Origin: Eutreptiella sp. 'Long Island Sound 2002'
Taxonomy: Eukaryota > Protista > Euglenida
Direction of reading: 5' to 3'
DNA length: 64,000 nt
Assembly (NCBI GenBank): GCA_964036045.1
Contig: OZ038378.1
Location: 179,614,001-179,678,000, forward strand
The notes beneath the pieces are model-generated. The model worked only from the letters and a program-made list of their open reading frames with translations. It had not been told where the DNA came from and did not search any database. The translations under genes were made by a program, and so were the position numbers. Within the stretch, counting starts at the first letter, position 1. Each line of letters opens with the position of its first letter. Shown here one piece after another: positions 1-12,480 of this stretch.

Positions 1-253
1 TGACACCGAAGCCGCCGTCGCCCCCACCGACGGCCGCCGGCCGACGATGGTGGTAATGTCGGCGGCGCACTACGGCCTGTTCCATCGCGTGGTGGACTAC
101 TTCACGCAGGGCAAGCTGTTCCCGCTCATGCGGGCGATGGAGCAGAGCGCCGACCCGTTCATGTCCTTCCTCATGAACGAGGCGAAGGAGTCCAAGATCC
201 GCGTCTGCCCCATTGCAGTGGGCCCGACGGGCCTTGCCACCGTTTCATCGTAA
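1..253 (+). CDS. 3' part of a coding exon of an unidentified gene entering from the left edge
   Basis: Frame open from position 2 (DTEAAVAPTDGRRPTMVVMSAAHYGLFHRVVDYFTQGKLFPLMRAMEQSADPFMSFLMNEAKESKIR...) with nearly all codons ending in G/C up to about 200. TAA at 251-253, but the exon could end earlier at a donor near 203. Confidence 0.55.
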   Translation, partial: DTEAAVAPTDGRRPTMVVMSAAHYGLFHRVVDYFTQGKLFPLMRAMEQSADPFMSFLMNEAKESKIRVCPIAVGPTGLATVSS

Positions 254-566
254 CCCTTTCGCCTCGTGCAACGCGGTGCAGCGCGGCTTCACAATGGTTG
301 TGGCTGGCACCGGGGGCGCCGACTCCGCAGGTCTTGGGACGCAGACTGCCCCCCCCCCCCCCCCAAAGAGGGCTCCAACCTCCAGCCGCCAACGGTACTT
401 GCCTTCGGAGTCCAACAGTCCACGGGCCCCAGAGGCGCTCACTTTGCTTTACCCCATACGGAGGAAACCGAGAAGGCAGGGGTGATGCCGCCACTTCTGG
501 TTTCTCCCCACACTGGGGGCCCGACATCCCCCCCCCCCCCCCCCCCCAAACCCGGCAAAACCCCCG

Positions 567-1753
567 TGCATCAGATTCCAGAATTGGCTGCAGCTCCTCT
601 GTAGCAATGGATCTTCCATCTACAGTGAGTGTTGAGGGCAAGACTGCTGATGCAGAGTCCGGGACTCCTCCTGTCGGTGCCTTCCTGCACGGGCCTCGGA
701 GGCCCTGCGTCCCGGACCCGGACCCTCCCGGACCCCGCCCCCCATCCCCAATGGGGCCTCCGGCCAGCAGTTAGTTGGCGGCGGCGGGGGGGGAGTCTGC
801 GTCCAAACCCGAGGGGTCGCCCCCCCCCCCCCCATCCCCATGGTGGCTGCGCTTTGTTTTAAGCCGGGCAGTGTCTGTTGCATCAGCTGCCACCCACAGG
901 GCTGCTGTCGTCCGAGGGGCCTCACAGACCACACAGCCGCAGAGATGACATTGCCCACCCCAAACCCTCCCGAAGCTACCTCTGCCCACCCCTGATCAAT
1001 TGCTCCACCGCTTCCACGTCATGGCCGACGCTCGTAAGTCTGCTTTGCCACCGCGAAAACGTTTCCTGCTCTCACACTCATTTTATGATGGCGATCAACA
1101 GACTGGGGTCGGCTTTTCTTGATCAGCATTGCTTGGGTTTACATCCGAATTTCAACCCTCGGTCCGCGTTGGTGCCTTGTTAGCCCTTTACAGGGCATTG
1201 CAGTCCACCAAAGATTTCTCTGCCCCGTGCTTCCACCCACTGATGTGGCCTGATGTTTCATACATGCTGACATGCACAAGCGCATCAAACAGGAGATCAG
1301 CTCTCCTCAAGCCTCTCCTCAAGAAAAACATCAGATCGAAGAGTGCCTATCAACTCGACCCAAACACTACCTGTCGACAATTCCTTTTTTTTTTTCACCC
1401 TGACCTGATTTTTCTTCTCGTGAGACTTTTAGTTATCAAATATTCCTCTTGGGCGTGGCATACATTGGCCGCAATGCTGCAGCATATGCAGCAGTGCGAA
1501 GAAGGCGGTGCCAGTGATTTTGTGGGTTGGCGCAACATCTCCATGGTGCCGTTGTTCTTAGCTCCTTGCGAACCCCTAAAATTTTTGCTGGCTCCCATGT
1601 TAGTTATCACTCACACTCGCCTTGTCTGACTCAGTTCTGCAATTGCATGCATCAGATTCCAGAACTGCCCACAACCTTTATGCCCCAGCTCCTCTGTAGC
1701 AATGGATCTTCTATACAGGGAGTGTTGAGGGCAAGACTGCTGATGTGGAGTCC
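567..1753 (+). repeat. Dispersed direct repeat of about 95-105 bp (567-660 and 1648-1753)
   Basis: Both copies read tgcatcagattccagaa...cagctcctctgtagcaatggatctt...gagtgttgagggcaagactgctgatg. Confidence 0.85.
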
Positions 1754-3138
1754 GGTGATATTCACCCAAGTGCCCCGCTACAGCGCACCGATGGTTTGTA
1801 TATATGCCTTGAAAAAAATGACCCCCCCCCCCCATGTTTCCTGCTTCAATGCTTCAACCCCCCGGCACCTGCTGTTACCACACAACCGCTTCGGTCTCTC
1901 ACTGCACACGCGCGCACGCTCACTCGCCTCGCCAAGCCAAGGCATGGCTAGTATGGCATGGCATGGTTTAGTATGGCGTTCGTTCTGGTTGTCACCGCTG
2001 TTGTCAAACTTCTCCCAATGATTGCAAAATTTTTGAACCCAAAAGCAAAAAATTCCAAGTTGCCAACGACTAAGGATGCTTATTTGTTACCATGGCACAT
2101 GGATGGACACCCAAGCCCGTTTATCAAAGAAAGATGACAATGACAAAGGCAAGCAAATGCACTTTCCGAACTTGGTCTTGATCCTAGTATTGGAGTCCAC
2201 ACACAGGGTCTTGCATAAAGAACTTACTTGATGCCTTACATAATGTCATCTTCTTCTTCTCTATGAAGTACATAAGCAAACATACGCACATGGGCACACC
2301 AAATAGACACTCAGGGTTTTACTACTACCAAAGTAACACAATTGAACACTACACAACCCATACAACTTGTAAACTTGTGGGTCGTGGTCAGGATGTGAAA
2401 TGGGTTCTGTCTAAGACTCCACACTACCCATCTTAGCAACGAAGTCACGTCCATGACATTGGGGCAACACACCACCCTTTTCAGTATGATAGTAAATGGA
2501 CCACAGGCCCGCCCCTCCCCTGTCTGTAATGCTTTGCACAGCAGAGAAAATGCCTCACGTGAGGTTAGTTGCATGATTGTCTGGTTCCAGCTGTAGCCCT
2601 GGCATGTAGGATGCCCAAGCGGTGGCTGCCATGTTCAGGGCCCTGGATCCAGATTGGGGGACAGTTTGCTTCTGCCGATTGTGGCCACAGGTACTCTTTT
2701 GTGCGCAGCCTCGGCCAGGTCGTGCACAAAGGCTTGTCAAATACTGTGTGCTCCGAAGGGTGGTCCCAGAGTGGTCTGCTGCTTCGTTTGCGCAACATCC
2801 TTGGGGTCAGGAGCGGGCCTTTTTTTCCAGGGTCCCAACGTGGTGTACAGCGGTTCACTGTGTATCGCCCCGTTTCACAGAGTAAACGAAACGGGGGGCC
2901 AGCCTCTTTGAGCCTTCCACCTCCTGTCAACCTGTTCCCTCCCTCATCAAAAGCAGCGCTCACAACGATTGTTTGCATACCACTTTGCGGGAAATGTTTC
3001 TTTAAGTGGGTTTTCAATATGAAGGGGGCCTCACTTCTGTGGTAGAATTTATGGATAGATAGATGAAAATGGGATTCCGTTCAAGTGTTTTTAAAGTGTG
3101 GTGGTCATGTGGACCGTGCAAAGTCAATTTTCTGACCC

Positions 3139-3495
3139 CCCCTCCCCCTTGTATAAGCCGCACCCTTGTCCAAGCTACAGCGGGCACAGGGACCGTATTA
3201 ATTTTGTACCTAATTTCATTCGGTACAAATTTAGTGCAGCCACAAAGACATGCGTTTGGTGACAAATTTGCCAGCTACATGGGGTCATGGACACATTTGT
3301 TGTGAGTGTTTGCCCGCTTGAACCCACATAGCTGTGATTTTGGGGATATTTGTCATTATATTCCCCTTTCTTGCACCGACTCACCATGCAATCTTCTCCT
3401 TTTGAACCTGGGTGTCTACGGCCTTGTCCAAGCTACAGTAGGTGTAGGGACTGTGTTAATTTGGGACTTTGCCGTAGCTTATACAAGGGGAGGGG
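3139..3495. mobile_element. MITE with terminal inverted repeats; a related partial copy starts at about 9260
   Basis: Left cccctcccccttgtataagc and right gcttatacaaggggagggg. The internal ccttgtccaagctacagtag motif recurs at 3165, 3423, 9287 and 9558. Confidence 0.7.
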
Positions 3496-3607
3496 CGTAC
3501 TTGATCCATCCATCTCTACCATAAGATAAGTATGCGATTCTAAAGATACTTCGATGTTGGTCAAGTCCAGTGTTTACCCACAAGTTTTCTTTTCCAGGCT
3601 TCCAGGT

Positions 3608-3710
3608 ATGACGAAAATTCAAGCACGCAGGACGAAAATTGAGGAATGTTGGATGAGAATTTAGGCATGTAGGACGAAAATCGGGGCATGTTGGACGAAA
3701 ATTGAGGCAT
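3608..3710 (+). repeat. Minisatellite, about 21-bp unit, 5 copies
   Basis: Recurring (g)gacgaaaatt-aggcatgt unit. Confidence 0.75.
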
Positions 3711-5629
3711 CAAAGTTGTTGTTGTCTACCACTTATTGTGTCCCACTTTCTGTTGTGTTTGACCGGTTCTCAGATGACACATTTCAGGCCGTTTGCTGAC
3801 ATGCTGTTTATCGACTGGACATTGCTTTGTCAACGGGCCTGTCAGCAGGCAGGTCCTGCACCTGCAACAGACATACAAACACGGATCCAAAATATCGTGG
3901 TAAAATTGAAATTATTTGCACACTGCTGCATTATGAATCTTGCATGACTCCCACCACCACTGTGTACCACAATTTCCGCCAAGCAAAACGGCCCTGTTTG
4001 TCTGTCATATGCCGCCGTCGATGTGCCACTACACCGGCATCACAATACCCAGATGCGAGTTTGTTATCTAGCATTGCGGTGTACATGACAGCTCCAACGT
4101 GCTGATGTTTGCTTCAGAGCAATCAGACCAGTATTTGGAAGTGTCCATCGGCTGGGACAGCCGGTCTATCATTACTGACGTGTTGAGCCTTGCAGTTCCA
4201 GCGTTGCAAGCTGCTGCGGGAGAGCCTCCCACGAGCTGATTTGGTCTCCATTTGCCGGTCCCTCTATAGTGCCGTCTTCTCCAGGAGCTACATGTTTTAC
4301 GGGCTGGGAGGGCAACCCGCTCCACAACTTCGCACTGAAGCCCTGACACAATATTGAGGTTGGGACCTGAACATCGTGGCGTCGGCAATTGGGTAGTGTG
4401 CAACCAGCAACTATCCCACAGCTGGCTTCTTACATGTCAGCGATTTGTACCCCCCCTTGCGCAAACAACGCCCATGTCCAAACAATGCGAGGTGTTGTTT
4501 CCGCACCTTTTCATTGAATTTCGCGGTTCCATTTTCTGGTTTCGGGTGCTGTCTAGGTTTTTCTGTGGTTTTGGGGCTGGGGATGGTTGTCTTTCATAGA
4601 TGTTGTCTGCTGTGTTGCGTTCCTTTCCTTGAGGGCAGGCATAGGCAACACCTTTGTCCAAACAGCGCGAGGTGTTGTTGCCGCAATTTTTTTGAGCTTT
4701 ACCGTGGTTTGGACAAGGGGGGGCCCTTGCGAGAGCAACACCTTTTTGTCAGAGCAATAGTAGGAGTTGTTCCTGCAATTTTGGAGCGATGTCCTGCTTT
4801 GCCCTGTATGAAAATCACCCCTTATCAAAGCATCAGTAGGTGTTGTTTCCGTCTAATTTTGGGACTGCAGTGTTGCTCAAGGGTGGGGGAGGTATGATGG
4901 CAGCATCCCAGGATCAGTTGCATTTGTTGCTTCAATGTATTTATGTATTGCTTGGCCCATCGTTCCAAAATGCACTCCATCCATTGTTGAGCGTTGCTTT
5001 GGTGCATGTCTTCCCCTGGCGGTGCCCTGGAACTGGAGCGCACCACCGGTATGTAACGCCTGGTCTGAACCTGGCCCTGTTTGGTTTCCCACATCAGATG
5101 TGGTGGAGAGCACCTTTCACAGTGAAGCCTGTCAACAGTGGCAGGGGACTGGACGCCAAATGGGCAGAATGCTGCAATTGTGACGGGTGGGATCTCCGTG
5201 GCACTGACCTACAAGACTGTATTTGATGATGCTCTTTTTTTTTTTAGGTGCCTCTCTTCTGTCCACAAAATTTGTACGGTCCATATACTCTGCATCAGGC
5301 AAGGCCTTGCACGTACCAACATGCTGTATGTCTTCCCAGAAGAACCAGGTTGCCCAAAAGTGACGGCAGGGAAACGGGTCAGTCAGATGACAGAGGCTGT
5401 TCAATCAGAAATCCACCACAAATGTCCAACAAGCCATTTAATTTCCCCCACATTAAACATTAGGACTGCCCGCCGCAATCACTCCTGTAGAAAACCAGTG
5501 CAACCAGCTACCAAAGCGGTGAAGCCACAACATGCATAGCTATGCATAAGGCGGACAAGGTTTCAAGCCTTCTGCGAGGTGCTGCCCTTGAGTGTGCCAG
5601 CCAGTTGGGGCATACGGTGAGTGGGGTGT

Positions 5630-6170
5630 TTCATGAAGGCACTTCGCAAAGATATGCTTGTGAAGGAAGATATGGTGCAAAACGCACTGGACGAAAAGAA
5701 GATTCTGCAGACTGTGCATCACCCTTGTCAAGCTCATTTGGGCTTTCCAAACAGAGACGAGGTTGTATCTTCTGCTTTAATTTCTGCCCGGAGGGGAGTT
5801 CTTTTTCCACTTGAAAACGGAGTCAACGTTCTCGGAGGGAAGATCCAGGCAATATGCTGCGGAAATAGCTTGTGCGCTGCACCATTTGCACTGCCAGGGT
5901 ATTGTGTACCGGGACTTGAAACCTGAGAACATCGTGCTTGTAATGCGAGGCCATGCGTGCCTCACCGATATGAGTTTAGCAAAGTCCCACACGGAGCAGC
6001 AAACTTACACCTTTTGTGGAACTCCTGAATGTGTTGCCCCTGAGATGCTGAGTGGCACGAGACACAACAAGGCCGTTGACTGGTGGGCTTTGGGGATTCT
6101 TCTGTACGAGATGCTTGTTGGGATTCCGCCCTTGTACAGTGACAACGTTAACCAAATGCACCTCTTTACA
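5630..6170 (+). pseudogene. Intronless AGC-family Ser/Thr kinase pseudogene (AKT/SGK/S6K-like)
   Basis: MKALRKDMLVKEDMVQNALDEKKILQTVHHP, a frameshift near 5727, then VKLIWAFQTETRLYLLL*FLPGGEFFFHL (TAA 5778-5780), YRDLKPEN, DMS in place of DFG (5967-5975), FCGTPEC, APE and DWWALGILLYEMLVGIPP. Confidence 0.9.
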
Positions 6171-6318
6171 GGTTGGCTATCGGCCTAAAACATACAACCG
6201 GTGTCCAGTGCCTTGTCTGATGTATGACCTGGTTGAATGCGCTGGGGCCAAAGAGTACACTGACACAGCAAATGTCGACCAGAAACATTTTGACAATGGG
6301 TGGATACCATTTGATGTA

Positions 6319-6531
6319 CCCCCCCTTGTAAACCGGCCCCCCCCCTGGGGGGGGGACCGTCACTTGGCCCAAAAAGCACAGGAAACACTAGGCGCCGAAG
6401 AAAATTTTTGTTTAGGTTACACTGGGACTGGGATTGGGGGGGGGCGTCACTTGGTGACCGCCCCCCCCCCCCCATGGGGGGGACCGGCCTGACATTAGGG
6501 GGGGGGGGCGGATTACAAGGGGGGCGGGGGG
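6319..6531. mobile_element. TA-target MITE (gaccgtcacttgg family)
   Basis: TA at 6317-6318 and 6532-6533 flanks the ends cccccccttgtaa...ttacaagggggg(c)gggggg. The internal gtcacttgg motif is shared with 20279-20706 and 29247-29730. Confidence 0.75.
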
Positions 6532-7253
6532 TACACAGTTCTGTCCTTTGAACCAAAGACATTCTTCAGAGCACACCAGGACACAGGGTGCAGCGGACTG
6601 CCCAAAAAACAAACGGTGCGTGCACCATGCATGTTATGTCTGCTACCACAGGGCTTCGTGGGACCCACCAATTTACCTAGGTGGGGGCGGGAGTCACCCC
6701 AAGCCCTGTGGGTGCAATGCAGATTGCATATGTTCTGTGGTGTCATCATCCATGGACTGTGGAAGGTTGTCAGAATCGTATTGGTCGCTAACCTCACTAC
6801 CCCCCAAGGGCGTTGCTTTAATTTTCATTCCGACCGGGGGGGGCCTCCCCCCCTCCCCCCCTCCCCTGGACCCCCTCCCCCCCTCCCCCCCTCGCTCTAA
6901 ATCACCTAAAAATCAAGGTTCTGGGAACTTTTTTCGCTTGTGCACAAAAAAATTATCCGTCGGCGCACCTGTACCAAGGTTCTTTGGTCATTCCGCTTGT
7001 ATCCCTTGTCCCTTGTCCCACAGACATCATGTCACAAAGGTCCATAAGTGCGTTCTTTGGCTAAGGTTCTAGAATTTTGGAAGCCCATCATCTGCAAGGC
7101 TGATTTATTCCCGTCCATGCACTATCTATTGCGCTTGTCGCTTGCTCTGTGTCCAGGTAGCAATGATGCAGAACGTTTGTTCCATTTGCTAAATAGGATC
7201 AACCGCCAAGACCGCCGCTCTTTGAATATGTTGATGATGGAGCAATTGCGCCA

Positions 7254-7900
7254 GAGATTTTGTTTTAGGCATGCGGCAGGGGGAATTTTTTGTGTTCGAC
7301 CCTATGTGCCTTTACTCAAAATACTCAGAATTTCGTGGAGAATTCAAAAATGGCTGAAAAGCACAAAAAAGGTTATGTAGCCACCTTGCCCACTTGTGGG
7401 CCACTTCTGATTCTGCCCCCCGCTCTGAAGCGGAGGGGATCCCCCAGGCGGCAGGGGTTATGTAGCCACCTTGCCCACTTATGGGCCACTTCTGATTTTG
7501 TCCCCCGCTGTGAAGTGTAGGGGATCCCCCAGGCGGCAGGGGTTTTGTAGCCACCTTGCCCACTTGTGGGCCACTTCTGATTCTGCCCCCCGCTCTGAAG
7601 TGGAGGGGATCCCCCAGGCGGTCGGGGTTATGTAGCCACTTTGCCCACTTGTGGGCCACTTCTGATTTTGTCCCCCGCTCTAAAGCGTAGGGGATCCCCC
7701 AGGCGGCAAGGGTTATGTAGCCACCTTGCCCACTTGTGGGCCACTTCTGATTTTGTCCCCCGCTCTGAAGCGGTGGGGACCATTTCCCATTTTCGCCCCC
7801 TTTTAGGCCCTGGAGAAGGCACGGGTGAGGCAGCCACTTCTGATTTTTTTTTGTTCATCCCCGAGATGGCTATGTTGCAACTGGGGCGGTTCCCCATCTC
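7254..7900. mobile_element. 647-bp non-autonomous insertion with GAGAT...ATCTC ends, carrying an 85-bp tandem array
   Basis: Flanked by CA and TA dinucleotides. Removing it restores the hAT reading frame (EQLRQNWLCCVVVKDY). Confidence 0.7.
7371..7781 (+). repeat. Tandem array of an 85-bp unit, about 4.8 copies
   Basis: Units start at 7371, 7456, 7541, 7626 and 7711: ggttatgtagccaccttgcccacttgtgggccacttctgatt...ggatcccccaggcggcagg. Confidence 0.95.
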
Positions 7901-9669
7901 TAAAATTGGCTATGTTGTGTCGTAGTTAAGGATTACCACGCCATACCACACCACATGGCACAAGCGCACACCGGTGTGTCCCATGACTATGCCGGGTGCA
8001 GCGAAGAGGAGAAAACAAAGGTGTTGCAAGCCTTTGACAATTTCCGGGCCCCATTGCCACCGAAGGCGAAGCCTGCTGCGCCGCCGGCCCTGCCCACTGT
8101 TCTCCCTGCTCTTCTCTCTGGGCCAAACCAGGGTAGTAGTAGTAGTGGCAGTAGTAGTAGCAGCAACTCCACCACCAATGCCTCCTCTAGTACGAGTGCA
8201 TCCTCCAGCAATAGTGCCCCGTCAGGCACTAGTGACTATGTGCCATCGGAATCCATGTCTGATGGGCCGGCAGCCTGCCAGGTCACAAGATTGCAAGCAG
8301 CCCGGCCAAAGAAGCGTGCTCGCCCCAAGAGTACCGGCAAGAGGGCACGCGACAAGTGGGAGGATGATTCCGATGCTTGAGGCCCCTCCCCTCCCTTCGC
8401 TTCTCTATATATATGTCTGTGGTTTGTGACAAGGGGAAGGGAAGGCCTTTGGGCGAACTCAAGGCAACATTCAGTACTCCTCTGAAAGTGCTGCAGTGCA
8501 GCAAAACAATCATGAGCTATGACCAGTCACAGTGCGTCTTGTTAGCTTTGTGTGTTTGCGTGCTTGGACGGGGCCTGACGGAAAAGGTGCTGGGTTTGGG
8601 TCAACGAAGGGGGGGGTGGGGTCCGCCCCCCCTACAGCCCCCCAAACTGTCGAACACCCCTCGGGGTCACACATTGGCTGGCGGCGGCCCCCGTGTGCTG
8701 AGTTTCGAAAGGTGTGGCGAGTCCGCAATTTGCGTGCAAAACGAAAGGATAAGGGTGTAAAGAGGCGGAAGACTGCCAGCCACGCCGCTTCAGATTGCGA
8801 TTCAGCGCCCTCTGCTTCTGAGTCTGAAGTAGACATGGATAGTAACCTTTCCGATGTCTCCGCCCCAGCAAGTCAAGTTCCTCCAACTCAGGATCCTCTG
8901 GCTCCTGTTCCATGTCTGAAGACGATGACGATGGTGACTCCGGCTCTGGTGAGTCCAACTCTGATTAATGTTTCACGATTTCGATGACAAAGAAAATTGC
9001 TTCGCGTTTCCTGTTTGTGTTGCCTGGTGGTGTTTAGGTGAGGGCAAAATGTATGGACCCAGAAAGATGAGTTGCACTACCTTTTCTTCCCACATTATGA
9101 CAAAAGTATATGCTGACTGGGTCATCGTGATACAAATTTGCAATTCCTTGGGTGTTTGTTGCATTCCGACCGGGGGGGGGGCTTCCCCTGGACCCCCTCC
9201 CCCCCCTCCCCTCGACCCCCTCCCCCCCTCCCCCCCCCCCGCTCAAGCAACGCCCTGACCCCCCCCCCCTCCTGTATAAGCTACGCCCTTGTCTGCCCAA
9301 GCTACAGTAGGCGTAGGAAGCGTAATAATTTTGTACGTAATTTGATAATTGCGTACAAAATGTAGTGTGGCCACATAAGATATGGGTTTGTCGTCACATT
9401 TGCCAATTTCAGCACCTGTGGCCCCCTGCTGGGGCACCAGGAATGTTTTTTTTTTTTTGGTCTGATGCATCCCAGAGGTCCTGAATTGCCAATTTCAGCA
9501 CATGTGGCCTGTGCACGCGTGTGTCGGCAGTTGTATGTGTTGCGTGCAAGCCACGCCCTTGTCCAAGCTACAGTACGGTATGCTGCTCAAGATGTCAAAC
9601 AAATGATGTGCGGCCTATTTACCTAGGTCTGGTGTTAGGCTTTGCGATTGCCATGGCCGTTTTAGTTTC

Positions 9670-9672
<3 letters not shown>

Positions 9673-9714
<42 letters not shown>
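9673..9714 (+). repeat. (GT)21 microsatellite
   Basis: Read directly from the sequence. Confidence 0.95.
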
Positions 9715-9716
<2 letters not shown>

Positions 9717-9961
9717 TCTCATGTATTATGCTCCACACAAGTCCTGAACAATTAGCATCCGAGAGAGGTGGCACCAGAAACAAATTGCAGCAAGCCCCCA
9801 AGTCTATTCTCACCAGAGAGGGGAACTGGATCAACCGATAAGGTTCCAAGGGATGATGGAAATTGCTGAAGTGTGCCATCACTGCATCATGACACCTTGG
9901 CTATAGAAAATTTTGTGCTGCTGCATAGCCTAAAATTCAATTTTTCAACTTAAAGGGATGA

Positions 9962-10043
9962 GATTGTATGAAGGTTGATTGGTTTGAATTACTGCACATC
10001 CTGATTGTATGAAGGTTGATTGGTTTGAATGACTGCACATCCT
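9962..10043 (+). repeat. 41-bp tandem duplication
   Basis: gattgtatgaaggttgattggtttgaat(t/g)actgcacatcct occurs twice in tandem. Confidence 0.95.
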
Positions 10044-12124
10044 GTCATCAAGACCCAACTCTATGACTGGTTTCTAAGAACGTCCCGGTGGCCTGTATCT
10101 CTTTGGCTGTTCCTTTGAATCCCGTTTGCAGGCAACGCCATGATGGCTGTTCATGGTATAATTATTACTAGTTACAGTCAATACTCTTTGTATAACCAGC
10201 TGGCCCTAGCTGCTCTCTGTGTGGCATCGCAGTTTTTCGAAGTTTTCCAGAAAGCAGCTGGCCTCAATTGCTTCCAATACATTTTTGCAATATGCCCATT
10301 AATTTCTGTTTGTGTTGACAGGCCTGCAATCTCACCCATGTGGGCGCTTGCCCTTTGTTGCTGCCACCCCCTAGATGGGCAGGTAGCTTGATCCTCACTG
10401 ACAACACGCTCACACTGTGGGGTGCCATGTTGTGTACGAGCTGATTCCAAGCACTTTCAATTATTTTCGAGCTCTAAAATGTACACAATGTGATGATCTG
10501 AGAGGTCTGCAAGTGCGACCAGTGTTGGAAGCAGAGTGCCCCAGCCATGGTATTCATACTGCCCAAGCAATTTGTGGGTTGGCCGCCGCTTGCGGCCATC
10601 AGTGTATTGCTCAGATTCTTGTCTTTGAGTGGCATGACATCAGCATCATTTGGGTGTATGCCCTCTGGTGCTCGTGTTGGCCCCAACACTGAACTCCAAC
10701 ACTCAACAAGGTGTTGAGTTGTGCCTGCAGGTAGGGCAGCCTGCATTTTCACTGCATGATGAAAATATTGTAGGCAGTCACCACCAAAACAGCTGTCTGA
10801 TTAAATACATGAAAGTCCCAAGATCCTTATCGCGCTGTTTGGTTCTGCCCCCGCATGTATCCACAAAAGCAGTTCCATACTTGAAAACAAAAAGTTGCGT
10901 CACATGCAATGATGTAAAGTGCCATGTACTGTGTGCCTCCTCCTCCTCACGCACAGCATACAATTTGCATCCTGCCTCAAATTGTTTCCACTCTGATTGT
11001 TCAGTTATTCTATGTACGCATATCCTGAATTTTCAAGTCTATCTTGGTCTATGTCCCCGTCGGGAGGCGTGGCTGACTGCCGGGCAGCATTCTGTATGGT
11101 ATCACTTGAAGAAGACAGTGTCCCCCCTCTCTGCGAGGGATGGCCTGCCTTGGATGGTATTGTATGATACAGGTCTGAGCAGCAAATGTGTTGAACACAA
11201 AGCCCTAATGTGGCCTCCAGGGTTATCGGTTACAATTTGCCACTGACCGATTTCCTTCCCCACTGCTACCCTCAGTGCATTTTCCCTCATTCCCTTTATG
11301 TACAGACTACAGTTGCCCTCATGCTTGCACTGTCGCCAGTTGTCGTTGAATTCCGAATTCTTGGCCCCTGAGGTTCTGAGGTTTCCACTGAGCTTCTTTG
11401 AATGGTCTCCTCTTTCTGTTTCTTGCCCTAAGGTATCACAGGACCCTTTGGCTCAGCTGCAGCTGTGTACCGGTGGTCTATCTGGTGAGCCTTTTTGGCG
11501 GTTTCAACATTACTCATTCATAATGCGTTCTCAAGTAATCCTTGGACAGCATGCCGTCACCGTGCCAAACCACCACCCAAGGGTGGTGCCCGAAGCATTG
11601 GTGCAATCAGTGGTGACCATTTTCAGGAGTTCAAGGTCAACTGGAGCAGGACCAAAAAATTTGCACAGCAACAAGCAGCGAACTGATTTACGTCACATTG
11701 GCGGCCAACGGGTCACGTGTGTGCTGTTCCGACGCTTTGCACATTTGCCCTCAAATGCCATAGTGTGTCACAGCATTTCCTACACGTACCAGGGTCTTGA
11801 CCCCCCCCCCCCCAAAAGCTGCTGTCGGCGTGTAGACGATTTTGGGGTTGCTCCCGAGGGCCTTGGAGCTTTGTCAGGAGATCAGTCCACCAGGGCATTC
11901 TGTGGTATGTTGTGTGTGCAAGGAGGGACAAGGAAGGTGGAGGGCAAGCGAACTGTGAGTAGCCCAGCATCCGTCACCCCTAAGCCCTTCGGCAGTCGGG
12001 TTTTCAACGGGGGGGGGGGAATGGAGCACCCAAAAACCGGGGGTGGGGGCTGGGAAAAGGGCTCAATCGAGAGGCACCATTCTTGCATGGAGAAGACGCA
12101 CGGCTTTGTCTCTGTTCCTGTTGC

Positions 12125-12480
12125 CCCACTATGGGGACCCCTGAGAAGGCAAGGGTGATGTAGCCACTTTGATCCTTCTCCACCATGGGGACCCGAGAAG
12201 GCAGGGGTGACGTAGCCACTTTGATTCTTCCCCACTTTAGGGACCCCCGAGAAGGCAAGGGTGACGTAGCCACTTTGAGACTTCTCCACCATGGGGACCC
12301 CTGAGAAGTCAGGGGTTATGTAGCCACTTTGATCCTTCCCCACTATGGGGACCACGAGAAGGCAGGGGTTATGTAGCCATGTTGGTCCTTCCCCACTATG
12401 GGGTTCCCGAGACGGCAGGGGGTGGTGTAGCCATATCTTTCCCCACCATGGGGACCCCAAGGCAAGGGGTTATAAAGCCA
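12125..12480 (+). repeat. Tandem array of a 51-55 bp unit, about 7 copies
   Basis: gaaggcaggggt(t/g)atgtagccactttgatccttccccactatggggacccc-like units start near 12145, 12196, 12251, 12305, 12358, 12411 and 12458. A lone monomer lies at about 470-530. Confidence 0.9.

Larger units (their letters stand above)
7029..8380 (+). pseudogene. hAT transposase remnant (N-terminal stub, C-terminal dimerisation domain and Ser-rich tail), split by an insertion
   Basis: Acceptor-like ttgtcccttgtcccacag, then ATG 7029 MSQRSISAFFG*. Then FWKPIICKADLFPSMHYLLRLSLALCPGSNDAERLFHLLNRINRQDRRSL, matching the hAT FW..FP.L..P.S...ER.FS pattern. Removing 7254-7902 rejoins the frame to the ORF ending at 8380. Confidence 0.75.
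6805..9257 (+). mobile_element. Internally deleted hAT DNA transposon
   Basis: TIRs AGGGCGTTGCTT (6807-6818) and AAGCAACGCCCTG (9245-9257). A shared subterminal block attccgaccggggggg...ggacccccctccccccc occurs at both ends. A hAT dimerisation-domain ORF lies inside. The TSD is ambiguous because both flanks are a-poly(C). Confidence 0.7.

Noticed and set aside
10100-11650. Possible decayed hAT/MULE transposase on the minus strand (KMVTTDCTNASG; MAASGGQPTNCLG; LCFQHWSHL)
   Set aside because: The motifs are short, many stops intervene and the spacing between candidates does not fit well. It needs an HMM search before any call.
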